Below are positions 12,827 through 25,694 of a DNA stretch of 64,000 nucleotides, piece by piece. Positions within the stretch are counted from its first letter, which is position 1, and each line of letters opens with the position of its first letter. Source of the stretch: Octopus vulgaris (Eukaryota); assembly GCA_951406725.2 (NCBI GenBank), contig OX597816.1, positions 43,834,001-43,898,000 on the forward strand. The letters run 5' to 3'. The translations under genes were made by a program, and so were the position numbers. The notes beneath the pieces are model-generated. The model was given only the letters and a program-made list of their open reading frames with translations, was not told where the DNA came from and ran no database searches.

Positions 12827-13166
12827 TTCACAATAAAAAAGCAATAAAAGCAAAAAAGCAATAATTATAACGATAGATAATATGGAGACTGGTACATCCT
12901 CGAATTTTATTTCCTTATATTTTCTGCAGCATATTTTAATGGCTATGAAGACCTATACAGGTTTTCACTGCATTGTGTATGGCCAGTTGCGCATGCAACA
13001 GGGAATAATTTTCTGTGGAGCTTCGTTCAGGGCCTTTCAACCAGCAAGTGGCTCGAAGTTAGCGAAGGTAGAATTTACTAACCATAGATATTATAGGATG
13101 ATAAAGGAACAGGAGATGCAGATCTTGCTGAAGAGGTGAATACATGGCTACCCGTACTGGAGAGAA

Positions 13167-13213
<47 letters not shown>

Positions 13214-13517
13214 AGAGTGACTGAGGGTATATCCTTAAGGTATAAGTGAATATTTGAGAGGAATAAGAAGGATAGAGGAAGAGAGAGGGTGGATGTGTGG
13301 ATACATACACTACAGTGAAAAGAAGGAGGAGCCGCAGTGATTTTTTGTTCTTTTGGTAACAAATTATTCGGTCCGGAAGTAAGAGCGAGGACGCGCGCGT
13401 GGGTGGTCTTAATCCAGACACTTGAATAGATTAGTGAGATTGTAGCTGTCGCTGGTGTCCGACAGCGCAACGTCTGCCAGAATGAAGACGCTGATGGGAG
13501 ATGGTCCAGTGATGGCT

Positions 13518-14056
<539 letters not shown>

Positions 14057-14849
14057 TATAAGTCACGTAGTTATATACACATTCTTAAAAGAAAATGTTA
14101 TTTTGAATACAACATTTATAAAGAATAAAATATTTTTTGGTTTTTCTTAACCCTTTCGTTACTATATTTCTGACCAAATTACACCCCTTATGTGTTTCAA
14201 TTAATTTCTAACGTAATCATAAATTTAGTCTGGTTTCATTAAACAACTATAACTTTTTTATTTATCAATATATTAATCTGATTTTTGGAAGATAATTTAA
14301 TGAAATATTCTCAACCAATTCTACACTATAATTTTTGTCACAAAGTGACTCTAATTGCAGGTAGATACAGGTAAATTCAACAATATATAAAATTATTAAA
14401 ATTTTGTTCAAACATTGCTATAGAAAATGAGTTATTCAATTGGGTATACAACAAAATTTTACGATAGAATTTGTTATTCTGGGTAACTTTCTGATACCCA
14501 TAATAATATTTATGGCAAAATAGGCCTTAATTTAATTTAAGGTTGTGGGAAATAACAAACTATCCTTTCTTTCGCTTTGTTTACGTTTAGCGTAATGATT
14601 TCAAATAGGCTCATTCGAAAAAGTAAAAAGAAATAGTTTAAGGCTTTATACTCTTCTGGGAAAGTCTGTGGCATGGTGCAGTTTCTTCAGAAAAATCACC
14701 GAAAGAAACAGTTTTTAAATTTTCACTCCATTCAGGTACCAATTCATTTTCTTAATCGCTGTCGGATTCACTGTTTTCACTTTAATAGCTACAAACTTGC
14801 AAAGACAAAGGAGGAGAAGGGTGATAGCGTCAGTGAAACAGTCGCTCCC

Positions 14850-15098
14850 TTTGTGTGTGTGTGTGCGTTTGCGTGTGGTGTATCCCACATTAAGAAAAAC
14901 ATTTGACATATACACCAGAATGTGAGTTTTCTCTAAATTTTGCTTAATTGGGGTTGAAATTTTAAAAACCGGACCTGGCATGACCCGATGCATTCTACTC
15001 TTAAAAATGCTAGGTAAATTGTAATTGAAGAAATCCTATATTGTAGATTTCTATAACTTACAAAGGGAGGCAGATAAAATCTGCCTTTTATAATAAGA
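14850..15098 (-). mobile_element. 5' segment of a second Helitron-like family
   Basis: Homologous to 16455-16699 and 16942-17185. Minus strand starts TCttattataaaaggcagattttatctg, similar to the 5' end of the Helitron at 55882. Confidence 0.65.
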
Positions 15099-15491
15099 CT
15101 AGCAGTATCGCCCAGCGTTGCTCGGCTTGTAAGGGAAATAACTATATAAGCATTTTTAGAGAGTTATAGCAAAAAATAGCAAAAAAATGCATTAAAAATT
15201 GAAAAAAAATTAAGGTAATTTTTTTTTTAAATCGTTGACACATCGTAGATATTTTTAGAGAGTTACTTCCCTTATATAAAAGCGATAAAAATGCATTAAA
15301 ATGGAAAACATGATGGTAAATTTTTTTTAAATCGTAGACTCATCGTAGACGCACGCTAATACCCAGAAGGGCTCGATATGAATCACGACTATAAGATACC
15401 CGCTTTTGGTTAAACTGCACCGCAAAATGTGGGAGTAGTTAGGAATCTAAATCGTAGGAGACAGACACACAACTTCACTCTTATATAAAGA
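15099..15491 (-). mobile_element. Non-autonomous Helitron, copy 2
   Basis: Plus strand reads a|ctagcagtatcgcccagcgttgctcgg ... cactcttatataaaga|t; highly similar to copy 1 along its length. Confidence 0.88.
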
Positions 15492-16386
15492 TGCTTTTTT
15501 TTTCAGTCATAGAGTTAGATTTATGAAGGTCTTCAGAAGAAAATCCTTCGAATTCTGACTCGCTGCTTGATATAATGAAATTCGTATCCATTTTTTGTCA
15601 GAATTACAAATTTTGAAAACACAATAGGAACAAATTTCGGAAAAAAATGTCCCATAATTCACGGAAATAAAATTACACTTCGATTTTTGTACAAAACTGT
15701 AGTTGAAGTGTTTACGAAGTATAATACGTGTTTTCACGAATGTACTAAAGAGATTTGCTCTGATATTCTCATTTAAATATGAATATGTAAATTCGGGCGG
15801 CTTGGTAACGAAAGGGTTAAACGGATGCATACATTTATTAATCTCTTATTATAATAACTATATATAAGTGTCGTCTGTTTATACATAAACACTGTTTCAT
15901 ACTGCAATTATATATACATATATCTATATATAATATTATATAATAAAATATATACAGAGTAAAATAAAAACCAATTTACCTTTTCTGTCCGTCCGTGTGT
16001 CTTTGCAAATGTGTTGGAATGATAAGTGAGTTGTGATTTGGCGCCTTTTTTACTAATAACAAAGACACACGTGTTTGTATGTAGTTGTATGTGTATGTAG
16101 TTGTATATGTATGTGTATGCGTGTGTGTGAGGAATGACACACACACACTCACGCACACACACATGTACATCAATACTTTCGGAGTGATATGTTAAAATAT
16201 TGAGTTTTCTCAAATTTTGTCTTAATTGGTTGTAAAATTAAAAGAAATTTTTTATGGCATCACCCACTGAAGTACTCTGAAAAATCTTAGGTAAACTCTA
16301 ATTGAAGAAATTGTGTGAGGAGTAAATCGTTATGTATTTATTTGTTTCTGTTTGCTGTGTTTCTTTATTTTTTTAGTAGTGGTTTA

Positions 16387-16699
16387 AATACTTTCAGTTT
16401 AGTCTTCCTCAAATCACTCTGTCGCTATTTACTTTCATTTTATTCGTTGCACACTGTGTGTGTGCGTTTGCGTGTGCTGTAAACCAGACTAAGAAAAGCA
16501 TTTGACATACACACCAGAATGTGAGTTTTCTGTAAATTTTGCTTAATTGGAGTTTAAATTTTAAAAACTGGACCTGGCATGACCCGATGCATTCTACTCT
16601 TAAAAATGGTAGGTAAATTGTAATTGAAGAAATCCTATATTGTAGATTTCTATAACTCCCAAAGGGAGGCAGATAAAATCTGCCTTTTATAATAAGAGA
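16387..16699 (-). mobile_element. Helitron-like 5' segment, left arm of an inverted pair
   Basis: Reverse complement of 16942-17255; its TC terminus abuts the (TA)n tract. Confidence 0.7.
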
Positions 16700-16706
16700 T
16701 ATAATA

Positions 16707-16753
<47 letters not shown>

Positions 16754-16827
16754 CATACATATATATATATATATACATACATACATATATATATATATAC
16801 ATACATATATATACATACACATATATA

Positions 16828-16862
<35 letters not shown>

Positions 16863-16895
16863 GTATATATATATACATATATATACATACATATA

Positions 16896-16936
<41 letters not shown>

Positions 16937-16941
16937 ATATA

Positions 16942-17255
16942 TCTCTTATTATAAAAGGCAGATTTTATCTGCCTCCCTTTGGGAGTTATACAAATCTACA
17001 ATATAGGATTTCTTCAATTACAATTTACCTGGCATTTTTAAGAGTACAATGCATCGCGTCATGCCAGGTCCAGTTTTTAAAATTTAAACTCCAATTAAGC
17101 AAAATTTACAGAAAACTCACATTCTGGTGTGTGTGTCAAATGCTTTTCTTAGTCTGGTTTACACCACACGCAAACGCACACACACAGTGGGCAACGAATA
17201 AAATGAAAGTAAATAGCGGACAGAGTGATTTGAGGAAGACTAAAGTGAAAGTATT
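16942..17255 (+). mobile_element. Helitron-like 5' segment, right arm of an inverted pair
   Basis: a|TCtcttattataaaaggcagattttatctgcctccc... emerges from the (TA)n tract; about 310 bp closely matches the left arm. Confidence 0.7.
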
Positions 17256-17611
17256 CTGTCTATGACGATGATAGATACATGAGTAAAATGTATGGGAAGC
17301 TAAGAGCTAAGAGTGAGTGAAAATGTTCTTGGAAGAGAGTAATTAGTAATAAAGTAAACATACACTCATACATACATACATACATACATACACACACATA
17401 CACACACACATACATACACACACATACATACACACACACATACATACATATACATACATATACATACATACATACATACACACACACACATACACACACA
17501 CACAGTATTGAAGCTTGAGAACAATCAGATACATTTGCAACACATCTGTTGAAAATATTATTGTTCACACACATACATATACGTATATACATACAGACAG
17601 ACAGACAGATA

Positions 17612-17645
<34 letters not shown>

Positions 17646-17708
17646 ATCCAGCATGGCCACAACCTCAAGGCTGAAACATATAAAAGAATAACAGAATATA
17701 AATGTGTG

Positions 17709-18059
17709 CAAAGTACAAGAAATATTAATGCAGTATATGGGGATTGGACAATAAGCGTAAGGCAGTGTCAATGGTGGTTCCAGAAATCCCGAGCCATAAA
17801 CTACAGCCTAGAAGACGAGCCTCATCCTGAAAGATCTGTAGAACTCGACTAGGGCATCCTGAAAACCCTGGTGGAACAAAATATCATCGTAACTGTTGAG
17901 GAACTAGCAGAGAAGCTTGGATTTGGTCATTCAACCATTCATTGACACCTGTGTGCTATCGGAAAAGTCAGCAAATTGGGTCAATGGGTTCCTCACGAAC
18001 TTTCCGAGTCTAATTGCATGCAGAGAGTGAATGTATGCTTTTCTTTGCTGTCATATCTC
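17709..18059 (+). pseudogene. mariner (DD34D-type) transposase fragment, HTH-linker region
   Basis: One frame reads QSTRNINAVYGDWTISVRQCQWWFQKSRAINYSLEDEPHPERSVELD*GILKTLVEQNIIVTVEELAEKLGFGHSTIH*HLCAIGKVSKLGQWVPHELSESNCMQRVNVCFSLL. Diagnostic WVPHEL at 17985-18002; two in-frame stops. Confidence 0.93.
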
Positions 18060-18080
18060 ACCACTACTGCGCTATGTATA

Positions 18081-18716
18081 TCTATATATATAAAACTGTA
18101 GTTGTGTGAGTGTCTGTCCCCTTCGATTTAGATTCCTAACTACTCCCACATTTTGCGGTACAGTTTAACCAAATTCGGGTAGCTTATAGTCGTGATTCAT
18201 ATCGAGCCCGTCTGAATATTAGCGCGCGTCTACAATGAGTCTACGATTTTAAAAATAATTTAACATCATTTTTTATTCCATTTTAATGCATAATTTTTCG
18301 TGTGTCGATGGCGGCGGAGTTGGCGTCCACGCTCACACCTGCACCTGTGGGGAAGGGAGTGTAAGGAAATCAACGTCGTAATGCGTTGTCAAGGAGACCA
18401 GTGTTCTTTTAGAACAACGACTTCATGGCTTGAAGACACCAAAACAGAAATGGCTAAGAAAGCGTCTACATGAGTCTACGATTTAAAAAAAAATTTACCA
18501 TCGTTTTTTCCCCATTTTAATGCATTTTTTCGCTATTATATAAGGGAAGTAACTCTCTAAAAATGTCTACGATGAGTCAACGATTTAAAAAAAAATTTAC
18601 CATCATATTTTTTCCATTTTTAATGCATTTTTTGCTATTTTTTGGCTATAACTCTCTAAAAATGCTTATATAGTTATTTCCCTTACAAACCCGAGCAACG
18701 CCGGGCGATACTGCTA

Positions 18717-18717
<1 letters not shown>
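18081..18717 (+). mobile_element. Non-autonomous Helitron, copy 3, with an internal insert
   Basis: a|TCtatatatataaaactg ... cccgagcaacgccgggcgatactgCTAG|t. Three copies of the internal gtctacgatgagtctacgattt... unit plus a GC-richer insert of about 165 bp. Confidence 0.9.
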
Positions 18718-18755
<38 letters not shown>

Positions 18756-19615
18756 CATATATGTATAAATATGATTCTGATTCTGTACGAGTTTGTGCAT
18801 GAGTATGTGTGTGTGTGTGTGTGTGTGTACACACGCTCCCAAACACAATTATAGACATATACATGTATATGTATTGAAACACAGGCTACTTAAATTGACG
18901 AGCTGGCAGAAAACGTTAGACTATCTGTTAAATTGCTTTGCGGTAATCGTTTTGAGTTTCTGTGACCTGTGTTGAACTTAGGCTACGGTCAGCTCCGCCT
19001 TTTATCTTTTGGGGATTCATTAATGGTACAAATCATCTCTACGTTTCTCTCTATTTCTCCTTTCATCTTTCGCTTTTCTGGAAGAAATACATTGAATTCA
19101 AACCTTGGCAGAATTGTCTCGGCCAAGTTTCGAAAATTCCCCAGATGCGCCGTATGTCACGGCATTACTCCTACAAATCCGTTAAAACATTTTAAAGTCT
19201 GTTACAAGACTCTGTCTTTCTGTGTATGCGCGCGCGCGCGCGTGTGTGTGTGTATGTGTGTGTAAAACTGTTATGCAATCAGTCAACAAAACCTCATTGT
19301 TATTCTGTTGTTAAAACGTGTCAACTTGACGTCAGCTTCCAACTTTTTGTTTTTCGCACTTGTTCTCTAGTTTCTCGTTTAACTTTAGTCCCAATGTGGT
19401 CTGCCAATTTTTTTTTTTTTTTTCATTTGTGTTAAATGTCATTTTGTACCTATTCGTTATGCTACAACTATTGTCTTCTCTCTTTTGGTTTTTATATTTA
19501 CGAATTGTTATGAAATATAATTTATGTGTTTAATGTTTATTCGCAGAATCAAACTATTTAAAATATAAATAGACAGATATTCAAAATGATATATCTATAA
19601 ATATATATACACGTA

Positions 19616-19954
19616 GGCGCATGGCTCAGTGGTTAGAGCGTCGAGCTTACGATCGTGAGGTTGTGAGCTCGAATCCCGGACTGGGCTGCGTGTTGTGTTC
19701 TTGAGCAAGGCACTTTATTTCACGTTGCTCCAGTTCACTCAGCTGTAGAAATGAGTTGTGACGTCACTGGTGCCAAGCTGTATCGGCCTTTGTCTTTCCC
19801 TTGGATAACACTGGTGGCGTGGAGAGGGGAGGCTGGTATTCATGGGCGACTGCTGGTCTTCCATAAACAACTTTGCCCGGACTTGTGTCTAGGAGGGTAA
19901 CTTTCTAGGTGCAATCCCATGGTCGTTCATGACCGAAGGGGGTCTTTACCCTTT
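19616..19954 (+). mobile_element. tRNA-derived CORE-like SINE family D, intact with TSD
   Basis: A box tggctcagtgg, B box gagctcgaatccc, CORE-like cttgagcaaggcacttta; 14-bp direct repeat tatatacacgtagg at 19604-19617 and 19955-19968. Confidence 0.92.
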
Positions 19955-20557
19955 TATATACACGTAGGATTTTTACGTTTATGTAGATGGAGCTTATACG
20001 TGTTCTTAGTTTATACGACCAGCATTCTATTTTCTCTGCTGCACTAATTAAACTGTTGTCAGGCAATAACTCTCTCTCTCTCTCTCAGTCTCTCTCACAT
20101 TGTCTCCACGGAGACGTGTTTAGGCAGTCTCATTTTACTTGTTTCTTCTGTTTTTCTAACACTTACTTTTACTGCATCCCATCTTTCTCTCTCGCACACA
20201 CACTGGTTCAGCTAGTGGTTAGATTTCATTTTTCATAATCTCGAAAGAGTTTTCCAATTTGACAACGATACATCATATTCTCTTATGACCGACTATTATC
20301 TTGTATATATTTGACGCCATAACACAAGTTATTACATTCCCATAAACATTTTCTACATATATTATCAAATTAAATTTCTTATGCATGAATATTTATATAC
20401 ACATTTCCCATCACACCTTTCTGCATCACAATTTCTCGAATAGACTTGTGTGTGTAAAGTTTGTCTTGATTAATGTTATAAACGAAATTGAGTGTTGTCA
20501 TTTTGTTCCATTTTGACCTGCACGCGCAAACCATCTTCTGTGTAATGTTTTATCGTA

Positions 20558-20615
20558 CATTTCTACCCAATCAAATAGGAAGAGGTCTATTTTCTGATTG
20601 TGTAGGAAACGTGTA

Positions 20616-20656
<41 letters not shown>

Positions 20657-20692
20657 AAATTCATATATACACGTTTCCTACACAATCAGAAA

Positions 20693-20731
<39 letters not shown>

Positions 20732-20853
20732 CATATATACACGTTTCCTACACAATCAGAAAATATATATACATAAATATATATATATATACATATGTAT
20801 ATATAAAATTCATATATACACGTTTCCTACACAATCAGAAAATATATATACAT

Positions 20854-20906
<53 letters not shown>

Positions 20907-20969
20907 CATATATACACGTTTCCTACACAATCAGAAAATAGACCTCTTCCTATTTGATTGGTAGAAATG
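20558..20969. repeat. Fold-back/MITE-like element with about 60-bp inverted arms and internal tandem partial copies
   Basis: ta|catttctacccaatcaaataggaagaggtctattttctgattgtgtaggaaacgtgta is inverted at the right end (...gattggtagaaatg|ta); three extra 41-bp partial copies are separated by (TA)n. Confidence 0.85.
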
Positions 20970-21129
20970 TATATATATATATAATACGCTCTCATTGTTA
21001 CCTCTCCGAAAAATTTTTGAATTTATCAGGATTTCTGTATTATGTTTAAAAGCGCGTGCATTAATTGAAACGTAAGCAAAAACATACAAAAACATACGTA
21101 CATACGCTGACAAAGATATTACTTATGTT

Positions 21130-21760
21130 CAACTGTCCGTAATTGAAGTTTTCAGAATGAATTCTTCAGCAAATTTCATAGAACTTTTTCATCAGCAATA
21201 TGACAATGAGAAAAAGCAACATACTCCTCGCTTGTCTTCTATTACCTTCATTTCTGCTATAGGTTAATGTCCTAAAGTCGTATCTGATGTTACAAGTTTT
21301 CATAATTAACTCTTATGTGGAACACAGCACATCCCTGTCTCAAATTCTCAATTATTTCGCAGAGAATATACTGAAACCTGAAATTTTTAAATCCTTTACT
21401 GTTATACAGTTATAGTTACCAGCATATTATCATATAAAAGCTCATACCCTTCTTGCCCTCTATGTTCAAATTAATTGTTTAATACTTGACATGATACATC
21501 TCAGCTCATCTACACTCTAGTTACAGATTTCGCTTTTGCCTGAGGTAATGAAAGATGGTGATTTGACAAAGTATTCGAGTGTCGACACTAAATACCTCAC
21601 CTTTTTTATGTTCTCACGTTCAATTTCGAGCGTTGTCATATATCCCGTCAGTTTTCCAAGAATGTACAGTATAATTCAACTGGAATGTACATGTGTAGCT
21701 TTAATGGAGTATTCTCTCCACACCCAATTGTGGTGGGGTTGTATTAAGATCAGGTATCAA
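21130..21760 (-). pseudogene. Possible highly decayed non-LTR reverse transcriptase relic
   Basis: Frame-shifted patches KAT..IPVELY, GKSEICN and DLKISGFSI fall in the order expected for RT motifs KA.G.D.IP.EL, KG...C.NYR and D.KKAFDS. Weak; needs an HMM check. Confidence 0.3.
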
Positions 21761-22784
21761 TATTTAAAGTAATAAATTGTCGTTTTGCCTTACAGCTTAC
21801 GCTAGCTCTCCTAGAAAACAGCGGTTTAGACTAGGTTGTAGTTGCCTGAATGACTTAAGATCTGTGCTTTTCATAAATGTTTTCTTTGACGTGAGTCAAC
21901 ATGACCATATGTGGTTAAAAAACTTGTTTAATATTTAGAGATCGTATATGAAGAAATGTAAAATTTTTGAAGTACGGACGTACCTTCAATAAAGAGAAAA
22001 TTGTGAAAACGCTTTTCGATTACACATTCACAAAATATTTAACTCAACTCTTCCATAAAATTGCCGGCATGGTGATAATCGTGAGAAGTGTATGACATTG
22101 AATGTCAAGCATGATGTTGATAATATTTAAAACCGCAAGTACATGCTATGCTTTGAAAATAAAACGCGTTTTGAGCAGTAAATAATGTCAACCTATTTCA
22201 TCCTGTGAAAAAGCCTTGGGAAAATTCAAGTATATCTTAATAAAAAAAAAACGATAAAATGCACCTTTGTTCGCTTTGCTTCAATAAAATGCAATCAATA
22301 TTTTCGCTAGAAGTTGAAGATCAGCCTTTTAAGCATTGGATATTGAGGTGCAAGAAATGTAATATACATTGTAATTTGCACTGAAGAAAATCAAAGGTGG
22401 ATTACGCATAATGAAATAAGTAGAACTGAGCCCGTTATACATTGAAGGCAAAGCCTCCATTGATTTTATCGCCATGGTATATGATTATGTTCAGCGATCG
22501 AAATACGTAGAAATTTCTACCCTTAAATTATCGTTGACATTTAATATGAAATACCTTATTCTGTACCGAGAATGATATAAGCCTGTACGATTCTTCATAG
22601 CAGAAGAAAAACGTTAACTTTACTGGAGTATAGAAACCAAAAAAAAATATACCTTTGTTTCGTAGATATGGATTAGATTGTGAATTTTATCGTGAAAGAT
22701 GTTTTAAATTCCTATATTTTATATATAACTTTGATTTCAAAACTCAGTGAATATGAGAATTAAGCACTGATTTCTAACAATTCT

Positions 22785-22990
22785 TCCTACGATAGGCAAA
22801 TACTTGGAATATGTAGGTGGGGGAGAGGACAAGCCGATTACATTTGCTCCTGTGCTTGACTGGTATTTATTTTATCGATCCGGTGGATGAAAGCAGATTC
22901 GATTTTGGCTGAATTTGAATATTATAACTCAGAACATAGGGACGGAGGAAATGCCGTTGAGCATTATATCCGGGTGCTAACGATTCTGCT
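22785..22990 (-). mobile_element. Degenerate SINE family B
   Basis: gactggtatttattttatcgatccggtggatgaaagcag...gggtgctaacgattctgc is homologous to family B. Confidence 0.7.
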
Positions 22991-23163
22991 TTACCGATTT
23001 CTAATTACAGGAGCAGATTTAACAACAGCTCCTTAAAAAAAAAACAAAACAGGTCTCTCCCCACCATATGTCTCTCCATTCGAGAAAAATTTACAGAAAA
23101 TTGCTTTTATTAATAGCAGCAGCAAAAAGTTTCATGATTTCCAAGTAGCAGTATTAACAGCAA

Positions 23164-23165
<2 letters not shown>

Positions 23166-23199
<34 letters not shown>

Positions 23200-23252
23200 T
23201 GGTAGTGGTGGTGGTGGTGGTGGTAGCAGCAGCAGCAGCAGCAGTAGTAGTG

Positions 23253-23283
<31 letters not shown>

Positions 23284-23388
23284 AAGTTGTAGTAGTAGTA
23301 GTAGAAGTTGTTGTAGTAGTAGTGGTAGTAGTAGTAGAAGTTGTTGTAGTAGTAGTGGTAGTAGTAGTAGAAGTTGTTGTAGTAGTAT
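23166..23388. repeat. Compound trinucleotide repeat (GTA/GTG/GCA) with a repeated gtagaagttgttgta higher-order unit
   Basis: Read directly; yields poly-T, poly-V and poly-L pseudo-ORFs. Confidence 0.95.
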
Positions 23389-23824
23389 CAACAGCGGCGG
23401 CCTTAGACTTAAAAATATAAATTGTCTTAACTTTCAGCAAAACAGAGTAATTGTGCTTATCTCTCTGTATGAGAATTTCCCTAAATAGACAAATTAAAGC
23501 AGACATATTTTCCAGTGAAAGGTCTACGTTTATTATCCGACTAATGACCATAATCTGTCCAAATACAATTTCATAACAATGAGAATAAACACATGTGACT
23601 AGAGAATAATAGATAGAGGGGTAGAAGCTGAAATGTTGAGATAGTAACATTTGCGACGAGTTAGAAGTGTATAGAGATAACTATAATTGCTAGGTACCGC
23701 AACATTATGAGAGATAGTTAGACGCAATGATTGACTGATTGATAACCAGGAAAAAATATGTTATTTCGGAGTAGACTTATGCATATGTGTGTGTCTGTTT
23801 ATGTGTACACACACACACACACAA

Positions 23825-23905
<81 letters not shown>

Positions 23906-25262
23906 TATATATATATGTGTGCATATATACATATATAAAAATATATATATGTATATATACACACACACAATTACATACATATATGCATCTATATACATAC
24001 ATATATAATAGAAGGTTTGGAGATGATGTACATACATATATGTGTGTGCGTTTGTGTGTATGTATATATGAATGTTTGTATACGCGTATGTGTATAATGA
24101 TATATATATATATAAGCAGAGAAAGTGTGTGATATAGTGAGGCTACAGCTGACATACAGGCAGACAGTGCAAAGAGGGTTGCACATTCATAAAGACATGC
24201 GGACGTATATAATTTTAATTCATTAGCGGTGTGATTTGAGATTGTAGAAAATGAGACCCAATCTAATGTTTTACCCTAACCAATGATGAGTTAAGCGACA
24301 AAGTGTCCAGTCTAATACGATAGTTGTTCTAACATGCAAAATGAAATTAGTTTAAGGCTCCTTCAGGGCTTGCTTCTCATAAGGTTGTATGAGACTTATT
24401 GTAGATTATAACAAGCAATTCAGAAATACATCGTTGTTATTGTTTTCTTTTCTTCTACATAAGTAATTCCAAGGGTAACAGATACTAATGCAATCAGACT
24501 TTTCAGATATTAATAATGTTCATGTTTACTTGGGTATTTGGGAACTTGTTAAACTTTTGGAATTAGTTTTGTAGCGAAGTCATTTCCATCAAATTGCCAT
24601 TATCTGTTTTGCTTCTATCACAGTGTAAACTGCGCATATAACATTCCAGTATTAATGTCGACATTATGCTTTAAATTTCTTGAATGTTCCATACAAACCG
24701 TCAAGATTTCATATACGTTTTGATAATCGTTGCTCTTTTTTAAATTCAAGCTTCGTACTACATAACAATGTTGTCGTATGACTTCTGTTTCTAATTCTTA
24801 CATTCCTCTATTGCCTTGGATGATGTTTTTAAAGTCCTTAATCCCCCACTCACTCTGTATATATATGCGCGCGTGTGTGTGTGTGTGCCTGTGTGTGTAT
24901 TTGTGTGTGTGTGTGTGAGGGGAGAGTCATTCTCTTTTACTGCCTCATAATTTAACACACTCACCGATCCGATTTTCACTCATTTGCTTATTTATTTTTT
25001 TCTAAAACGCAGCTCTGCTAATGGACAGAGTCAACAACTGTTTAATAGATTGCAAGGAGCAACGAAAATTTTAGAAAAAAAAATTACACAAAATAAATAT
25101 ATAAATGAGTGGAAATCGAACCGGAGAGTTTGTTAAATACTAAGGCAGTAAAAGAGAATGACTCACCCCAAGCGCAATAAAATATGATTCAACACACGAA
25201 TTCCCATAAAGAATCTTGCTAACGAAATACAAAAACGATATATATATATATATATACATCAT

Positions 25263-25398
25263 AGGCGTGGCTGTGTGGTAAGAAGCTTGCTTCCAAACCA
25301 CATGACTTTGGAATTAGTCCCACTGCGTGGCACCTTCGACAACTGTCTTCTGCTGTAGGCTTGAGCCGACTAACGCCTTGTGGATGAATTTGATAGTT
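25263..25398 (+). mobile_element. SINE family A, 5' fragment
   Basis: aggcgtggctgtgtggtaagaagcttgcttcc...cccactgcgtggcacc. Confidence 0.85.
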
Positions 25399-25694
25399 AG
25401 ACACGTCCGAGAAAATAACATTCCTCCACTTCTCTAAGTACCAATTCTGTAGGTTTTTACTCCACTCTAAACACCTTGCAACGTTTGTTTTTGAAAGTAG
25501 TGGTTTTCTGATTGTAGCCCTCCCATAAACAGTTTTTGCAGCTCCCGGCGAACAGTTTTCGTGGAAACTGGGTTCTCGAGGTCGTCATTAAGCTCTGTAG
25601 TTATTTTGGGCGTTATACTTTCGTGATCCTTTCTAACAATTCGCGTAAGAGTCCGACGGTGCCTATCTGAAAGTTTTGGTTTTCGTCCGCAGTT
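25399..25694 (-). pseudogene. Tc1 (DD34E-type) transposase fragment
   Basis: Manual translation: NCGRKPKLSDRHRRTLTRIVRKDHESITPKITTELNDDLENPVSTKTVRRELQK, frameshift, YGRATIRKPLLSKTNVARCLEWSKNLQNWYLEKWRNVIFSDVS. Shows the GRKP AT-hook, second HTH, RKPLLS linker and W..VIFSD(E)S first catalytic Asp. Absent from the ORF track. Confidence 0.92.

Larger units (their letters stand above)
14151..15816. mobile_element. piggyBac-type non-autonomous element containing nested Helitrons
   Basis: TTAA|CCCTTTCGTTAC at 14147-14162 and GTAACGAAAGGG|TTAA at 15805-15820: 12-bp TIRs with CCC/GGG termini and a TTAA TSD. Confidence 0.8.

Noticed and set aside
16409-17265. Two divergent ORFs with near-identical C-termini ([17 protein letters not shown]...)
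   Set aside because: They are the two arms of a non-coding inverted repeat read from microsatellite ATGs, not paralogous genes.
19616-19690. tRNA gene-like sequence (also 12755-12826, minus strand)
   Set aside because: No proper acceptor stem or terminator; each continues into a SINE body, and the first is flanked by a TSD.
20656-20940. Repeat-spacer pattern resembling a CRISPR array
   Set aside because: Spacers are (TA)n, the context is eukaryotic, there are no cas genes, and the repeats are partial copies of an inverted arm.
23132-23650. Poly-Thr, mucin-like ORF
   Set aside because: Trinucleotide repeat open on both strands; no signal peptide or convincing exon boundaries.
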